A DNA stretch of 64,000 nucleotides, from positions 6,641-70,640 of the IMG/VR virus record IMGVR_UViG_3300044625_000894; one strand, 5' to 3'. Shown here piece by piece: positions 47,331-57,832 of the stretch. Within the stretch, counting starts at the first letter, position 1. Every line of letters begins with the position of its first letter. The notes beneath the pieces are model-generated. The model was not told the origin of the DNA. It did not search any database and worked only from the letters and a program-made list of their open reading frames with translations. The position numbers were made by a program, and so were the translations under genes. This DNA comes from a virus.

Positions 47331-49252
47331 TAGTTACCTACACGAGTTATAGTGAAATAGCTATAGTTACCATTTGGGTCTAACGTTTTAGCTGATCCAG
47401 TGAATTGAAATGCCCTAAGCCTAATTGTATCTCCTGCTAAAAGATTTAAAGTAGTAGAACCATTAATCTGAACATAGTTAGTTCCGGCACTCCATGTAAA
47501 CAAACTACCTAATACCACTTCTCTAGTCGCAGAGCCAGTTTGATTTAATAACAAACTATATTGAGAAGCAGATCCGAAAGCACCGCTAGCAAAAAGCAAA
47601 GATCCAGAAATTGTATATTTGCCGCTAACATTAATTGTTGCAACCCCAGTACCGCCTACAATAAAGTTATGTGTATCGAAATCTTTAGTCCAGTTAGTAA
47701 GGTTTGTTGCTGAGTTGTTTGGAATTGATTGAGCACTTGTATTTGTGTACCGAGCACTAATTGTCTCGGTAGAAGCAATTACAGATGGCCCTGACAATCT
47801 GTTTACGGCAATCCACCCGCTGCTTATTGTTACAGAAGCACCACCAATGGATACATAAATAGTGTCTCCAGCATTTAAAGAAACAAGTCCAGATCCATCT
47901 ACTTCAGAATTAGCAACACTTGCGCCAAAACTTGATAAATTTTGATGAAAGCTACCATTTTTTGTAAGTGAAAGTGGGTTTGTTCCAATATTATTTGCGC
48001 CAACATTGACGTAACTTCTAACCTCATAAATCCCCGATACAGGAGCTGTATATACCCATGATGCACCTGTTGTAACAGCTCCATGAGTATCAAAGTCGAT
48101 AGTATTAAACTGAATTCTTCCGCCGGTAGATCCTGTAGCGGTTGTATATCTTGCAGCAACTACGCGAGTATCAGTTGCATTTGACATTTGAACCGAGCTA
48201 CTAAGACCGACAATTGGCACTTTAAATATAGCAATAATAGTATCATTTGCTGCCCAAGAAGGCGGAACTGCTGTTGTAACCGCAGACTCTTGTCCAGTGC
48301 TTGAAGATTGATAAAATAATTTTACAGTGGTTGTAGACCAATATTGACATCTAAATAAATATAAATTGGTTGTGCTATTATCTCTACCAATCGCATCGCC
48401 ATAAGTAGGAGCTGCACCAGCAGTTGTTGTTAAAATTTTATCGGTATCAATAGAATATCCCGGCGGAATACTAAATATTGTCTCTGAAGCTGCTAATGGA
48501 GCTCCAGTACATGTTAATTTTACAACACATTCAATAGAATCTCCAATTATTTTATATTTACCCGTAATTGTATAACCAGAAGTCCAGTTACAAGTTGGAG
48601 TGTAATCTGTATAATCGGTAATCGGAGATCCTACTGTTGATGTTTCTTTTCCAATAAAAACATTATCAACATATATAGAACCAGTTCCTGCTGAATTTTG
48701 TAATGCTAAAATTGCTAATCTATATTTTTGTCCAGAAACGACAGTGGATTGGAAATTCCCCATTACTTGTCCAACACCGGAAATTTGATTCATTCCTAAA
48801 AATCCAGATGGTTGAACCCAACTTCCTGCGGTAGAATCATAGATATAAATAGCTAACGTTTGTGAACCTAAAATTCCAGACCAGTTAAAATTTGTTACGT
48901 TTGTTGCAGCTTGATATGATAATGAAAATGTTAATGGTTTTCCCAAGTCTTCATTTTCAATTGTAAATTCATCAGAAATTACGCCAGTTCCAGCATTCCA
49001 CGCACCAGAAGAACCAACTTCCATGCTGATGCTTCCTGAAATTGGAACAGCAAGTTGTGTAGCTAAGGTAAAGTTTACAACATCTCCAATTGTAGGAGTT
49101 CCTGTTGGAAGTCCTCCACTCATACTTGTTGTAAATTCTGACCATCCGTTTGTCGAATTGTTTTCAAACGTAGAATTTTTTATATAGTTTTTAACAAATT
49201 GAACGCCTTCAGTAAAATTTGTTTGTATTGTTCTAAATGTTGAATTTGCCAT
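47330..49252 (-). CDS. fibre/spike protein with two C1q-like domains
   Basis: FDTHGAV...YTAPVSGIYEV...LNAGDTIYV and FDTHNF...SGKYTI...LLAGDTIRL. Confidence 0.7.
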   Translation of the reverse strand: MANSTFRTIQTNFTEGVQFVKNYIKNSTFENNSTNGWSEFTTSMSGGLPTGTPTIGDVVNFTLATQLAVPISGSISMEVGSSGAWNAGTGVISDEFTIENEDLGKPLTFSLSYQAATNVTNFNWSGILGSQTLAIYIYDSTAGSWVQPSGFLGMNQISGVGQVMGNFQSTVVSGQKYRLAILALQNSAGTGSIYVDNVFIGKETSTVGSPITDYTDYTPTCNWTSGYTITGKYKIIGDSIECVVKLTCTGAPLAASETIFSIPPGYSIDTDKILTTTAGAAPTYGDAIGRDNSTTNLYLFRCQYWSTTTVKLFYQSSSTGQESAVTTAVPPSWAANDTIIAIFKVPIVGLSSSVQMSNATDTRVVAARYTTATGSTGGRIQFNTIDFDTHGAVTTGASWVYTAPVSGIYEVRSYVNVGANNIGTNPLSLTKNGSFHQNLSSFGASVANSEVDGSGLVSLNAGDTIYVSIGGASVTISSGWIAVNRLSGPSVIASTETISARYTNTSAQSIPNNSATNLTNWTKDFDTHNFIVGGTGVATINVSGKYTISGSLLFASGAFGSASQYSLLLNQTGSATREVVLGSLFTWSAGTNYVQINGSTTLNLLAGDTIRLRAFQFTGSAKTLDPNGNYSYFTITRVGN

Positions 49253-49254
49253 AA

Positions 49255-51534
49255 TTAGAAATTCCTACTTACTTCAATATAACGATCTAATGAGCTAATA
49301 TATTGTAATGTTAATGAGTTAAATTTACCGAGTGTAGCATTTCCATTTAATACTGCACCTTTTGCAATATCAGAACTTGTAATAGTTATTGTATTAAGAT
49401 CATTTGTTCCAATAAGACGAATAATAGTTCCGTCTTTTAATGGCGCAGTAGATCCAAATGGGGTGGTTGATAAGGTTACATTACCTCCAGCACTTGCTAC
49501 AGTGATAACTTGATGTGTGCTTTTTGTAGTTGTATCAATTGTAATAGTTCCTGATGCAGCTAATGAAGTATTTGAAGAAACTGCAGCATTTGAATTATAC
49601 CAATCTAAATTTGTTCCATTATAAGTTAATGCATAATCTGTCGTTGGTGCATTATCTGGAAGAATAAAATCGTATGATGTAGCTAATGTACTATTAACTT
49701 TCATCATAATTACATTACTATTTGCAGCAAAAAGTAAATATTTAGAACTTGCGTCTAAATTCTCAAGCATTTCTATGCCGCCAGAATTTACCGATACATA
49801 TGTTACATTATTTTCTTTATAAACAACTTCTTGCGCATCAATTGTAATAACACCAGCAGCCCCAGCATTATTTGATTCTATTTTAAAATTAGAAGGAGAA
49901 GTAATCGTTTGAATTGTAGGATTATTTGTATCAATGCTGATATAATTAAGTCCTGTAGTATCCCCAACTATTAATTTACTTGTTCCTGTTAAGTTTAAAT
50001 ACAAGTCTTGAGTAGAATTTGGAACAATTGTTAAATCTTGCGTTGATGCACCATTTATTGTTTCAAAAGTATTTGTCCAACTATAATTAGTTCCGTTATA
50101 TCCTAAAACTGTATATGCTGTAGGAGCTGCTCCCGGAAATGTAAGCGTATAATTCGCTACGGCAGCGTCATCGGCTTTTAATCTTAAATAGTTAGAATTA
50201 CTATTTGTATTAAATTGAAATTCTTTAGATCCTCCGGATGGGTTAGAACCCAATTCAAATGCCCACGAATCCACCGCTAGAGATGCAAATGGACTACCCG
50301 GAGCATAAATAAGAAACAGTCCATTAAAAGTAAATGAATCGGTTGCGCTATCAAATGTTGTAGACGCAGAAGAATGAGAAACAGTTAATGCGTAATCATA
50401 AAACGGACCTACAGTTGGACCGATGTTTACTTGATTTCCTTTAATGTACATATTTCCTGTATTAGAAAAAATCTCTACATTACCGGTTGTTGCAATTATA
50501 CTTGTATCTACATTAGATGTAAATTGTATATTATTTGCAGAAGTAGCAGTAAAATCTCCAAAATTAGAAGTTAAATTTACCGATCCTGCTGTATTAATTG
50601 ATAATGGATATAAAGATGATCCAACATCATAAAATCCAAGATTAATGTTATCGGAACTAAGATCAATTTGATAACCTTCAACATAAATATTTCCACGAAA
50701 TCCAGAGTTAGAAATACCTGTTGATAAATTAATATCTCCAGAATTTGCAGAATCTGTGTCTCCAGTAACAAGTTGAATAGATCCACTTACTGCTGTTGTA
50801 GAATCTCCTGTGGTAATATCAATACCACCGGAAGTTCCCGTCATATCGTTAGTTTTAACTGTTAATAATGATGAACTTTCAATAGATGTAGCAATTGCTG
50901 CCCCAATATTTGGAGTAGTTAATACTGGAGAATTGGCCAATACAACACTACCAGTACCAGTTACAGCGGTTAATGATGTTCCATTAACTTGAATTGTGTT
51001 AGTAGTGGTGTTAATTGTTTTATTTTCAAGAGTATCAGAAGAAGTACGAGAAACTAGCGTATCAGAAGCTACCGTTGTTGGTAATTTAATCTCTGTTAGT
51101 GCTAAAGGAGAACCTGAAACATCCGGAGTGATCTCTACTGTATTTGCTCCGTTATTATAAACAATATTTAACGAAGTTACACCACCTGCAGTTGGACCAA
51201 TTACTTCTACTGCAGTATCTAAAACATTTAAACGAGGCTCATTATTAATAAAAAATTTATGAGAACCGGTGGTTGATGCTGGATCTGGTTTAAAATAAAA
51301 TCCATCAACATTAGTTTGAATCGTTGTATATTCTGCTCCAGAAATCTCTGTAACTGGAATCGGATTAATCTCAACAATATTTGCTTGTGTAGTATCAATA
51401 AATTTAGTTGCACCAACAATAACTACTTTATCGTCACCTTGATCAACGTAAATGTTACCTTCTTGCGCACCAGCAGGTTCAGATGTTGGGATTAATTTTA
51501 TCCCTTTATTTATTCTAAAAAAATTGTCACTCAT
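49255..51534 (-). CDS. fibre protein
   Basis: DTLENKTI, GTGSVVLANSPVLTTPNIG and Gly-rich beta repeats. Confidence 0.7.
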   Translation of the reverse strand: MSDNFFRINKGIKLIPTSEPAGAQEGNIYVDQGDDKVVIVGATKFIDTTQANIVEINPIPVTEISGAEYTTIQTNVDGFYFKPDPASTTGSHKFFINNEPRLNVLDTAVEVIGPTAGGVTSLNIVYNNGANTVEITPDVSGSPLALTEIKLPTTVASDTLVSRTSSDTLENKTINTTTNTIQVNGTSLTAVTGTGSVVLANSPVLTTPNIGAAIATSIESSSLLTVKTNDMTGTSGGIDITTGDSTTAVSGSIQLVTGDTDSANSGDINLSTGISNSGFRGNIYVEGYQIDLSSDNINLGFYDVGSSLYPLSINTAGSVNLTSNFGDFTATSANNIQFTSNVDTSIIATTGNVEIFSNTGNMYIKGNQVNIGPTVGPFYDYALTVSHSSASTTFDSATDSFTFNGLFLIYAPGSPFASLAVDSWAFELGSNPSGGSKEFQFNTNSNSNYLRLKADDAAVANYTLTFPGAAPTAYTVLGYNGTNYSWTNTFETINGASTQDLTIVPNSTQDLYLNLTGTSKLIVGDTTGLNYISIDTNNPTIQTITSPSNFKIESNNAGAAGVITIDAQEVVYKENNVTYVSVNSGGIEMLENLDASSKYLLFAANSNVIMMKVNSTLATSYDFILPDNAPTTDYALTYNGTNLDWYNSNAAVSSNTSLAASGTITIDTTTKSTHQVITVASAGGNVTLSTTPFGSTAPLKDGTIIRLIGTNDLNTITITSSDIAKGAVLNGNATLGKFNSLTLQYISSLDRYIEVSRNF

Positions 51535-51554
51535 TTAAGTTCATTCTCCCTTAA

Positions 51555-54500
51555 TTAAAGTGCGGTTAATAAATATTTCATGGTAAACGTTGGTGTTCCA
51601 CCTGTAATATTTGTTGCTGTATATTTCAACTGACCAGTAGCTCCGTCCATAGTGAACGTAACTCCGGGATATGTTCCTCCAGAATATGCGTAACCTTGAA
51701 GGTTCATCTCTGGAGTAACTCCAACATACTCGTTACATCCATAAATTTTTGCAATATATGAGGATGGAGTAATTGCAGAATAACCATATAAATTTGCAAG
51801 ATCAGGAAAGGTCGAATATTGCAGGAAATATGATGAAGAAAAATCCGGAACTGCAAATGTAGGAAATCCTGTTCCAAATCCGTTTAACGCTGCAGTATTT
51901 ACACTTCCGTCATAATTTAAAACGCTATAATTTTGACAAACAGAAAGATTCTGTATGTATGTTCCAGATATTGTAACCAATGTATCAGCAGCAGAAACTT
52001 TATATACGATAGAACTCATTTCTGCCGATAAAGGATTAAATGACAAATCTAAGGTTGTTGAAGAAATTGATGTAACATTTATTTTAGCAAAAGATTTTAT
52101 TGATGTAGAATTAATTAGAGTGAAATCGCCGCCGATAAATAAAACCGAACCATCAGAATTTGTATCCATCGAATATACATAACCTGTTCCCATCGGCATG
52201 CTTGAAGCAGTGGCGACATTATAACCCATACCCATATTAATAGAACCACTAAAATCATTTGCGTATATTTGGTTTGATGTTGTTCCAAACTTATAGAAAA
52301 ATTCTTGAGCATCAGACCAAGGTACAGAAGGAAGTGTTGTAGTTCCATCAATAGAGAAAGCTGTAGTTCCTACGGATTTATTTGCTGGTGTTAATAAATA
52401 TGAAGTAGTAGCAAATGATGATCCGTTCGGAATTTCTACATATCCCTGTCCACGTTGCGCAGAAACTATAATAGCTTTTGATGTTAATGGAGTAGTCATG
52501 GACATATCGTTAAAATAGTCCATATTCCCAATAATTAAATATCCGTAAGGAGATGTACTGCTTGCAATATTGCTGGTGTATTTAATTTTTGTTACAGAAA
52601 GAACTGTTCCAGAACTAAATCCACTACCACCACTTGCGATACCAAATCCGTCATAAAGATCAAAAAGATCCGCTCCGGTATTTCCATCAATAAAACATAC
52701 TCGTTGGCGAGTAAATCCGTTGTATGCAGTGAATGCACCAAATACCGCTAGAACTGAATTTGTAGAATCTTCTGTGACATCAATAATTTTTGTAATACCG
52801 CCATTAAATCCTAATCCAACGTTAAATGTTGCATCTGTATTTCCGCTAGAATCTACTTTTAAAATTTGATATGAAGATCCGTCATTATTGTATAAAATCG
52901 CAGATCCATCAGTGAGTTGTAATATAGTGTTATATCCAAATCCAAGAGGACTTGCTCCTTTTACTACGATACCGCTTGGTACATCACGAGTAATTGTGAT
53001 ATTAGCTTCAAATGCGTCATAAATAGTTGGATCAACAATAAATCCGGTTACATCAGTATTTGAGGCTCCGTTTGAAAGTGTAACAGAGTTAACTGTTGGT
53101 CCTCCTCCAGTTGCGGCAATTGTAATGGTATCTGTTGCTGGAGTAAGAGTGATATTTGAACCAGCAACTAGAGTTTTAAATTCTAAATCTACTCCAGTTT
53201 TTTGTTTAAATACGCCAGTACCAGCTCCAACGTTTGAAGCTGTATTAACTTCTCCACCACCGCCACCGGTAGAATTAATAGTGAAAGATTTTGAACCAAG
53301 AGTATTATCTGTTACAAATTCAATATTTGTACCAGCAATAAATTCCACAGTATCTTCACCAACCGCAACGAGTGAAGGTTGAACCGGACCTGCTCCGTTA
53401 TCAATGTTCCAAGTTTTAAATGTACTACCAAGACTTACTTTAACTGTGTTTGGTCCATCAGCAGTTACGTTAAATCCTGTATCATTATCAAAATTAAGCG
53501 TGTTAATGTTATTAAATGTAACGGTAGGATTAGTAGAACTTGTTTCTTGAACCGTGAAATAAGAGCTTCCACCACCACTTGTGTAAGAAGGTAATCCTCC
53601 CGGACCTCCCGGAGAATCAGACCATCTTCTTAATGCATATTTTAATTCACCAGAATCCCCAGAATTATCAGTTAAACAAGTTAATGAAATTTCATTTGTT
53701 AAAAGATTTAATCCAAGTTCAAATGTCACTCCAACAGGAGAAACTAAGTCTACACCTACGTCAGAAAGTTTTGCTGTTGTTCCGTCTGTAGTGATGTACA
53801 AAGTACCAGTAGTTTTATTAGTTCCGCGAGTAATTGAGAAATCTACAATCATGTTTTCAGAATTAACATAACTGATTGTAAATACGTTATTTGGTGTGTT
53901 GTTAACTAAAGCAACCGCATAAATTGCGCTTTGTTCCCAATAATCTACACCATTAAAATGACGAATAACGCGATTAAAGTCAAAAGATGTGCCATTAAAT
54001 ACGCCGGACTGAATTGCAAATGCTGTTCCGTTTTCCACTAGAACATAATCATTAACATTTGGAATAAATAATACGTTTTCAGTCCAAGATACAACACCTG
54101 CTGAAATAGAAGCGATATAAATTTTATTATTTTCTGCTGGATTGGTGAGATTACTAAATAATACATTATCACCATCAAGAACAGTGTAACCATCAACAAC
54201 AACAGGATCAACAGTTGGAAGAGTTGCGCTAACCGGGTCATATGCCTTTACTTTAAATGCGAATTCAGATTGTTTATTATTAAAAGTAGTCCAGTCAGCA
54301 GAAGATAATGCTCCATTTTGCAAAGCACTTGCTAATTCGATGGATAATTCTTGGTTTCCATCAACAGCAAGACCGTTTGCTGGAGTTGCGATGGTAATTG
54401 GATTATGTGAACCTTGATTAATTGTAAATCCTACAGCCCCCGGATTAAAAACTATAACTCCGTCTGCATAAGGAGCTTTCATATCCCAACCAAGCATGTC

Positions 54501-55079
54501 TGGAGTTACTTCTAAATAACCTTTGTCGGCTACTCCGCCATCGTATACATGAATACCAGCATTAAATGATGTATATGCCGATCCGCCATTGTTTACTGTG
54601 ATATTTTTATCGGTAACATTTAAATTTGTTACATTTTGATAGACTGTATCACCATAAATATTAACATCGGCACCAGCATTACCAATATTAATAACTGTAG
54701 CATTAGTAATACCAAATTCTAAAATTCCTGCAGCATTAACATCAATTATTGCTCCCGGATTTAAGTTTAAATTTGAAAATGTTGGAGATGCTGTGGAATT
54801 AATATCTTGTGGAGTAGAAATGGTAATAGAATTTGCGCCATTTACGATATTAATTTGATTTGGAGTTCCGGTTAATGTTGCAGCAACAGGAGCATCGCCT
54901 GTTTTACCGATTAAAACTTCCCCGTTATCAAGCTGAATGTCAGCTAAATTTGTAGCTCCATCGGTAACTAAAATAGCGTTAGGATTAGCACCTAAAACTG
55001 GTCCGCCAATAGACGGCGCGCCACCGGAAGAACCAGTATCAATAATTTGTCCTGTAAATGGGTCAAAAACGATAGACAT
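51555..55079 (-). CDS. large fibre/receptor-binding protein with propeller-like insert
   Basis: GALSSADWTTFNNK, GEVNTASNVGAGTGVFKQKTGVDLEFKTL; delta-60-like DATFNVGLGFNG. Confidence 0.7.
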   Translation of the reverse strand: MSIVFDPFTGQIIDTGSSGGAPSIGGPVLGANPNAILVTDGATNLADIQLDNGEVLIGKTGDAPVAATLTGTPNQINIVNGANSITISTPQDINSTASPTFSNLNLNPGAIIDVNAAGILEFGITNATVINIGNAGADVNIYGDTVYQNVTNLNVTDKNITVNNGGSAYTSFNAGIHVYDGGVADKGYLEVTPDMLGWDMKAPYADGVIVFNPGAVGFTINQGSHNPITIATPANGLAVDGNQELSIELASALQNGALSSADWTTFNNKQSEFAFKVKAYDPVSATLPTVDPVVVDGYTVLDGDNVLFSNLTNPAENNKIYIASISAGVVSWTENVLFIPNVNDYVLVENGTAFAIQSGVFNGTSFDFNRVIRHFNGVDYWEQSAIYAVALVNNTPNNVFTISYVNSENMIVDFSITRGTNKTTGTLYITTDGTTAKLSDVGVDLVSPVGVTFELGLNLLTNEISLTCLTDNSGDSGELKYALRRWSDSPGGPGGLPSYTSGGGSSYFTVQETSSTNPTVTFNNINTLNFDNDTGFNVTADGPNTVKVSLGSTFKTWNIDNGAGPVQPSLVAVGEDTVEFIAGTNIEFVTDNTLGSKSFTINSTGGGGGEVNTASNVGAGTGVFKQKTGVDLEFKTLVAGSNITLTPATDTITIAATGGGPTVNSVTLSNGASNTDVTGFIVDPTIYDAFEANITITRDVPSGIVVKGASPLGFGYNTILQLTDGSAILYNNDGSSYQILKVDSSGNTDATFNVGLGFNGGITKIIDVTEDSTNSVLAVFGAFTAYNGFTRQRVCFIDGNTGADLFDLYDGFGIASGGSGFSSGTVLSVTKIKYTSNIASSTSPYGYLIIGNMDYFNDMSMTTPLTSKAIIVSAQRGQGYVEIPNGSSFATTSYLLTPANKSVGTTAFSIDGTTTLPSVPWSDAQEFFYKFGTTSNQIYANDFSGSINMGMGYNVATASSMPMGTGYVYSMDTNSDGSVLFIGGDFTLINSTSIKSFAKINVTSISSTTLDLSFNPLSAEMSSIVYKVSAADTLVTISGTYIQNLSVCQNYSVLNYDGSVNTAALNGFGTGFPTFAVPDFSSSYFLQYSTFPDLANLYGYSAITPSSYIAKIYGCNEYVGVTPEMNLQGYAYSGGTYPGVTFTMDGATGQLKYTATNITGGTPTFTMKYLLTAL

Positions 55080-55088
55080 ATTAGTTCC

Positions 55089-55358
55089 TTATGCAGTTCT
55101 TTCCGCAGAAATCATCTGCGTTCTACCGCCATTTGTGTAAATAATTGTATATTGATACAATACAGTTCCATTTTCAGAGAAAGTATAAATAGCCGTATCA
55201 TCTAAAACGGTGGTAGTAGCGATTGCTACTTCTACTTTACGTCCAACTTTACCAATAAGAAATCCGTTAGTAGTTAATGAAGAATCAACATCATTAAAAG
55301 ATAATCTTAATGTCTGCTGATAGTCTCTTTCTGATAAAGTTTTAGTTGTTTGAGCCAT
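55089..55358 (-). CDS. putative virion protein
   Basis: 89-aa ORF; paralogue of 44677..45183. Confidence 0.6.
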   Translation of the reverse strand: MAQTTKTLSERDYQQTLRLSFNDVDSSLTTNGFLIGKVGRKVEVAIATTTVLDDTAIYTFSENGTVLYQYTIIYTNGGRTQMISAERTA

Positions 55359-55359
55359 T

Positions 55360-55527
55360 TTATTTCTTTCCTACTTTTTCTTTTAACTTAGAAAATCTTT
55401 TTTTACCGACATTACTTTTTGTGTATTCGGCAGCTTGTTCTTGAGACATCCCCACTTTTTTAGCAAGTTTAGGATTATTCTCTACAGCTTTCATAAATTT
55501 AAACTGCTGTTTGCTTTTTGCTGGCAT
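55360..55527 (-). CDS. small basic phage protein (55 aa, not in the ORF track)
   Basis: MPAKSKQQFKFMKAVENNPKLAKKVGM...RFSKLKEKVGKK; fills the gap between neighbouring genes. Confidence 0.75.
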   Translation of the reverse strand: MPAKSKQQFKFMKAVENNPKLAKKVGMSQEQAAEYTKSNVGKKRFSKLKEKVGKK

Positions 55528-55773
55528 TTAACACTTCCATCTCTTACGAGCTAAACAAAGTCTTTTCTCAGGCGTTTTAGTGCAGTCAATGTTATGCATT
55601 TTTTTCTGACCAGCTGATCTTGCACAATAACTATCGCGTCTTGATCCGCCTTCAGGTTGTGGTTTTTTCAAATTAGAACCAGTAGCACGATTATACGCTT
55701 TACGTCCTGCTTCTGTTAATCCACCCTTTACTGATTTATGGACTTTTTTAAATTGAAATTTCTTTTTTTCCAT
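55528..55773 (-). CDS. small basic phage protein
   Basis: GGLTEAGRKAYNRATGSNLKKPQP...SYCARS...ARKRWKC, a pattern often seen in head regions of environmental podoviruses. Confidence 0.7.
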   Translation of the reverse strand: MEKKKFQFKKVHKSVKGGLTEAGRKAYNRATGSNLKKPQPEGGSRRDSYCARSAGQKKMHNIDCTKTPEKRLCLARKRWKC

Positions 55774-55778
55774 AAATA

Positions 55779-55788
55779 AAGTTGTTAA
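55779..55788 (-). promoter_or_regulatory. TTAACAACTT motif (putative late promoter)
   Basis: 4 nt after the portal stop; 5 nt before ATG 55773. Confidence 0.65.
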
Positions 55789-55792
55789 TTAA

Positions 55793-57832
55793 TTATTGCG
55801 GCATCATATCAGCAGGATTTGTAGGCATATTTTCAAACGGTGCTGGAGGTGTTGCAGGATTTGGTAATTGCTCTCCTCCCATATTGCCTTGTCCTTTAAT
55901 TAAATCTTCAGGACTTGGTGGCATTCCGCTTGGTGGTTGCATCATTCCGCCCATATTACCACCTTGACCTTGTTGTTGATTAGGATTTTGAAGTGGTTGC
56001 TGACCTGTCATCATCAATACGTCAGGATCAACGTTACGAAGCATATCAATATGTTCTTCCATGTGAGCTTGTACAACGCTTCTTAACTCCGGATTCATAC
56101 GAAGTTCTGGATCAGACAAAAGACCTCTGTGTTCCATGATGTGAAGCTGGTGAGTATCAAAAATATCAGCCATTACTTCTTTACCTTCCATCATGAATTC
56201 ATTTTCTCGTTTAATTAAGAGAAGTTCGTTCATGTCGGACTCATACATGGTTTCAATTGCACCGGTATTAATGACTTGGAAGTACTCTTGAGGGCTTTTA
56301 ATCAAGCCCATCTGAAGCATTTGTTCAGCCATTTGGACACGGCCAGCAGTAGTGCGAGCAAGGGGATTCCCAACGGTAACAATAACGCGATTAATATCCT
56401 GAATGCTGTCGGAGGTGAACTCTTTAAGCATTGGTCTGTTGTTTTTACCGACGAGAGATATAGTTTTTGGCGTTTTCGCATAATCTTTTAAAATAGTAAT
56501 CAAAGATGTACCAATTTGTTCGATTAACTTGACGTAGTTGTGTTGAAGTCCAGAAATAAACTGTAATGACATGGACTGAACAAGTGCTAAAGCCGTTCCT
56601 GACTTTAATGATGCTTCCGGATTACCTCTGGTTACAGAGTTTACTCCAGAAATGGTTTCCATCATGGTTTCCAGTGTTTGTGTAAAGCTAAAAATTTCAG
56701 GTGCAGTAGCAGTAAGTGCTAAAGGTTCAGGTTTTGCATTACCTTCGATGATATTGAGCGCACCTTCTAACGAATTAATACTTAAATCGGCATCTCTTGG
56801 TACAAATAAGTTTTGCACACCGAATGCTGATTGGTTAGTAAGAATTGTGCTGTATAAAGAGTTCACAGCTTCTTGTAATGGGAAAATATCATTTAGCGGA
56901 GTGTAACCGTATGGAGTTCCCATGTATTCTCCGGCAGAAATGCGGAAAATTGGAATCTGACGATACGGAAGCGGCATATCAAGAAGCGTTAAGTCTGCAT
57001 CTAAGAACAAAACATAACGACCATCAGGCATTGCTTCTGATCTTTTATGAAATAATTCATATACAGGAATGTCGTCGGTCTGATCATTCGAGAACATGCT
57101 CAAACGATAAGATGTCGTTGCCATATTCTTTGTTTGCATTCCGATAATTTGTTCTCTTAAATCTGGATACTTAGCAGCAAGGTTAAAACGGTTTTGGAAA
57201 GTTCTTACCAAGATCCATTCGTGATCCCAAGACTCTTTTGTTCCGTCAAATACAACATCAAATGGAGAAAGAGTGTTAAACTCAATCTCACCTTCAAAGT
57301 TTTTCTCGCCGGTATCAGGATCAAAGTCATAAAGTTCGCCAGAAGTAGCATTCCACTCTAAACGAACAAACCCACTACCAAGAACTACAGCCATTTCTGT
57401 AGCGCGACGAATACACTCTTCAAGACCTTTCTCGCGCATGTAGTAATCTAAGATACCATTAGCAAGATATGTCTGAGCAAGAGATTTATAATCAGTGTTT
57501 ACTGCTCTAGCTTCCATCACAGGACGGTTTGCAGTAATCATATTGAGCATGTGCTGACCAATGTTACGGAAATGGTTTACAGCAAGAGAAACGAGTTCTC
57601 CTTCTTCACCAGTAAAGCTAATACGATGACTATCTCCGGCAATAGTAGCATTATATTGTCCGTGATAAAAAAGCCAGTTACGAACTAACTGATCTAAATA
57701 GTAATTTTGAGATAAAACATTGTAAAAGGAGCTAGCTCGGTTCAAAGCTTCGCTAGTAACACGTTCTGCGGTGTCTGCAGCCCAATAAATGTCACCTTTG
57801 CTTACACTGTTATCTGCACTATAAATACTCAT
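55793..57832 (-). CDS. portal protein (P22-like)
   Basis: 679 aa directly after TerL; ISGVNSVTRG...SGTAL motif; P/Q-rich C-terminal tail. Confidence 0.85.
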   Translation of the reverse strand: MSIYSADNSVSKGDIYWAADTAERVTSEALNRASSFYNVLSQNYYLDQLVRNWLFYHGQYNATIAGDSHRISFTGEEGELVSLAVNHFRNIGQHMLNMITANRPVMEARAVNTDYKSLAQTYLANGILDYYMREKGLEECIRRATEMAVVLGSGFVRLEWNATSGELYDFDPDTGEKNFEGEIEFNTLSPFDVVFDGTKESWDHEWILVRTFQNRFNLAAKYPDLREQIIGMQTKNMATTSYRLSMFSNDQTDDIPVYELFHKRSEAMPDGRYVLFLDADLTLLDMPLPYRQIPIFRISAGEYMGTPYGYTPLNDIFPLQEAVNSLYSTILTNQSAFGVQNLFVPRDADLSINSLEGALNIIEGNAKPEPLALTATAPEIFSFTQTLETMMETISGVNSVTRGNPEASLKSGTALALVQSMSLQFISGLQHNYVKLIEQIGTSLITILKDYAKTPKTISLVGKNNRPMLKEFTSDSIQDINRVIVTVGNPLARTTAGRVQMAEQMLQMGLIKSPQEYFQVINTGAIETMYESDMNELLLIKRENEFMMEGKEVMADIFDTHQLHIMEHRGLLSDPELRMNPELRSVVQAHMEEHIDMLRNVDPDVLMMTGQQPLQNPNQQQGQGGNMGGMMQPPSGMPPSPEDLIKGQGNMGGEQLPNPATPPAPFENMPTNPADMMPQ

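Noticed and set aside
37874-55079. Diversity-generating retroelement or invertible fibre system
   Set aside because: No reverse transcriptase or recombinase and no near-identical template/variable repeat pair noticed; a dot-plot would be decisive
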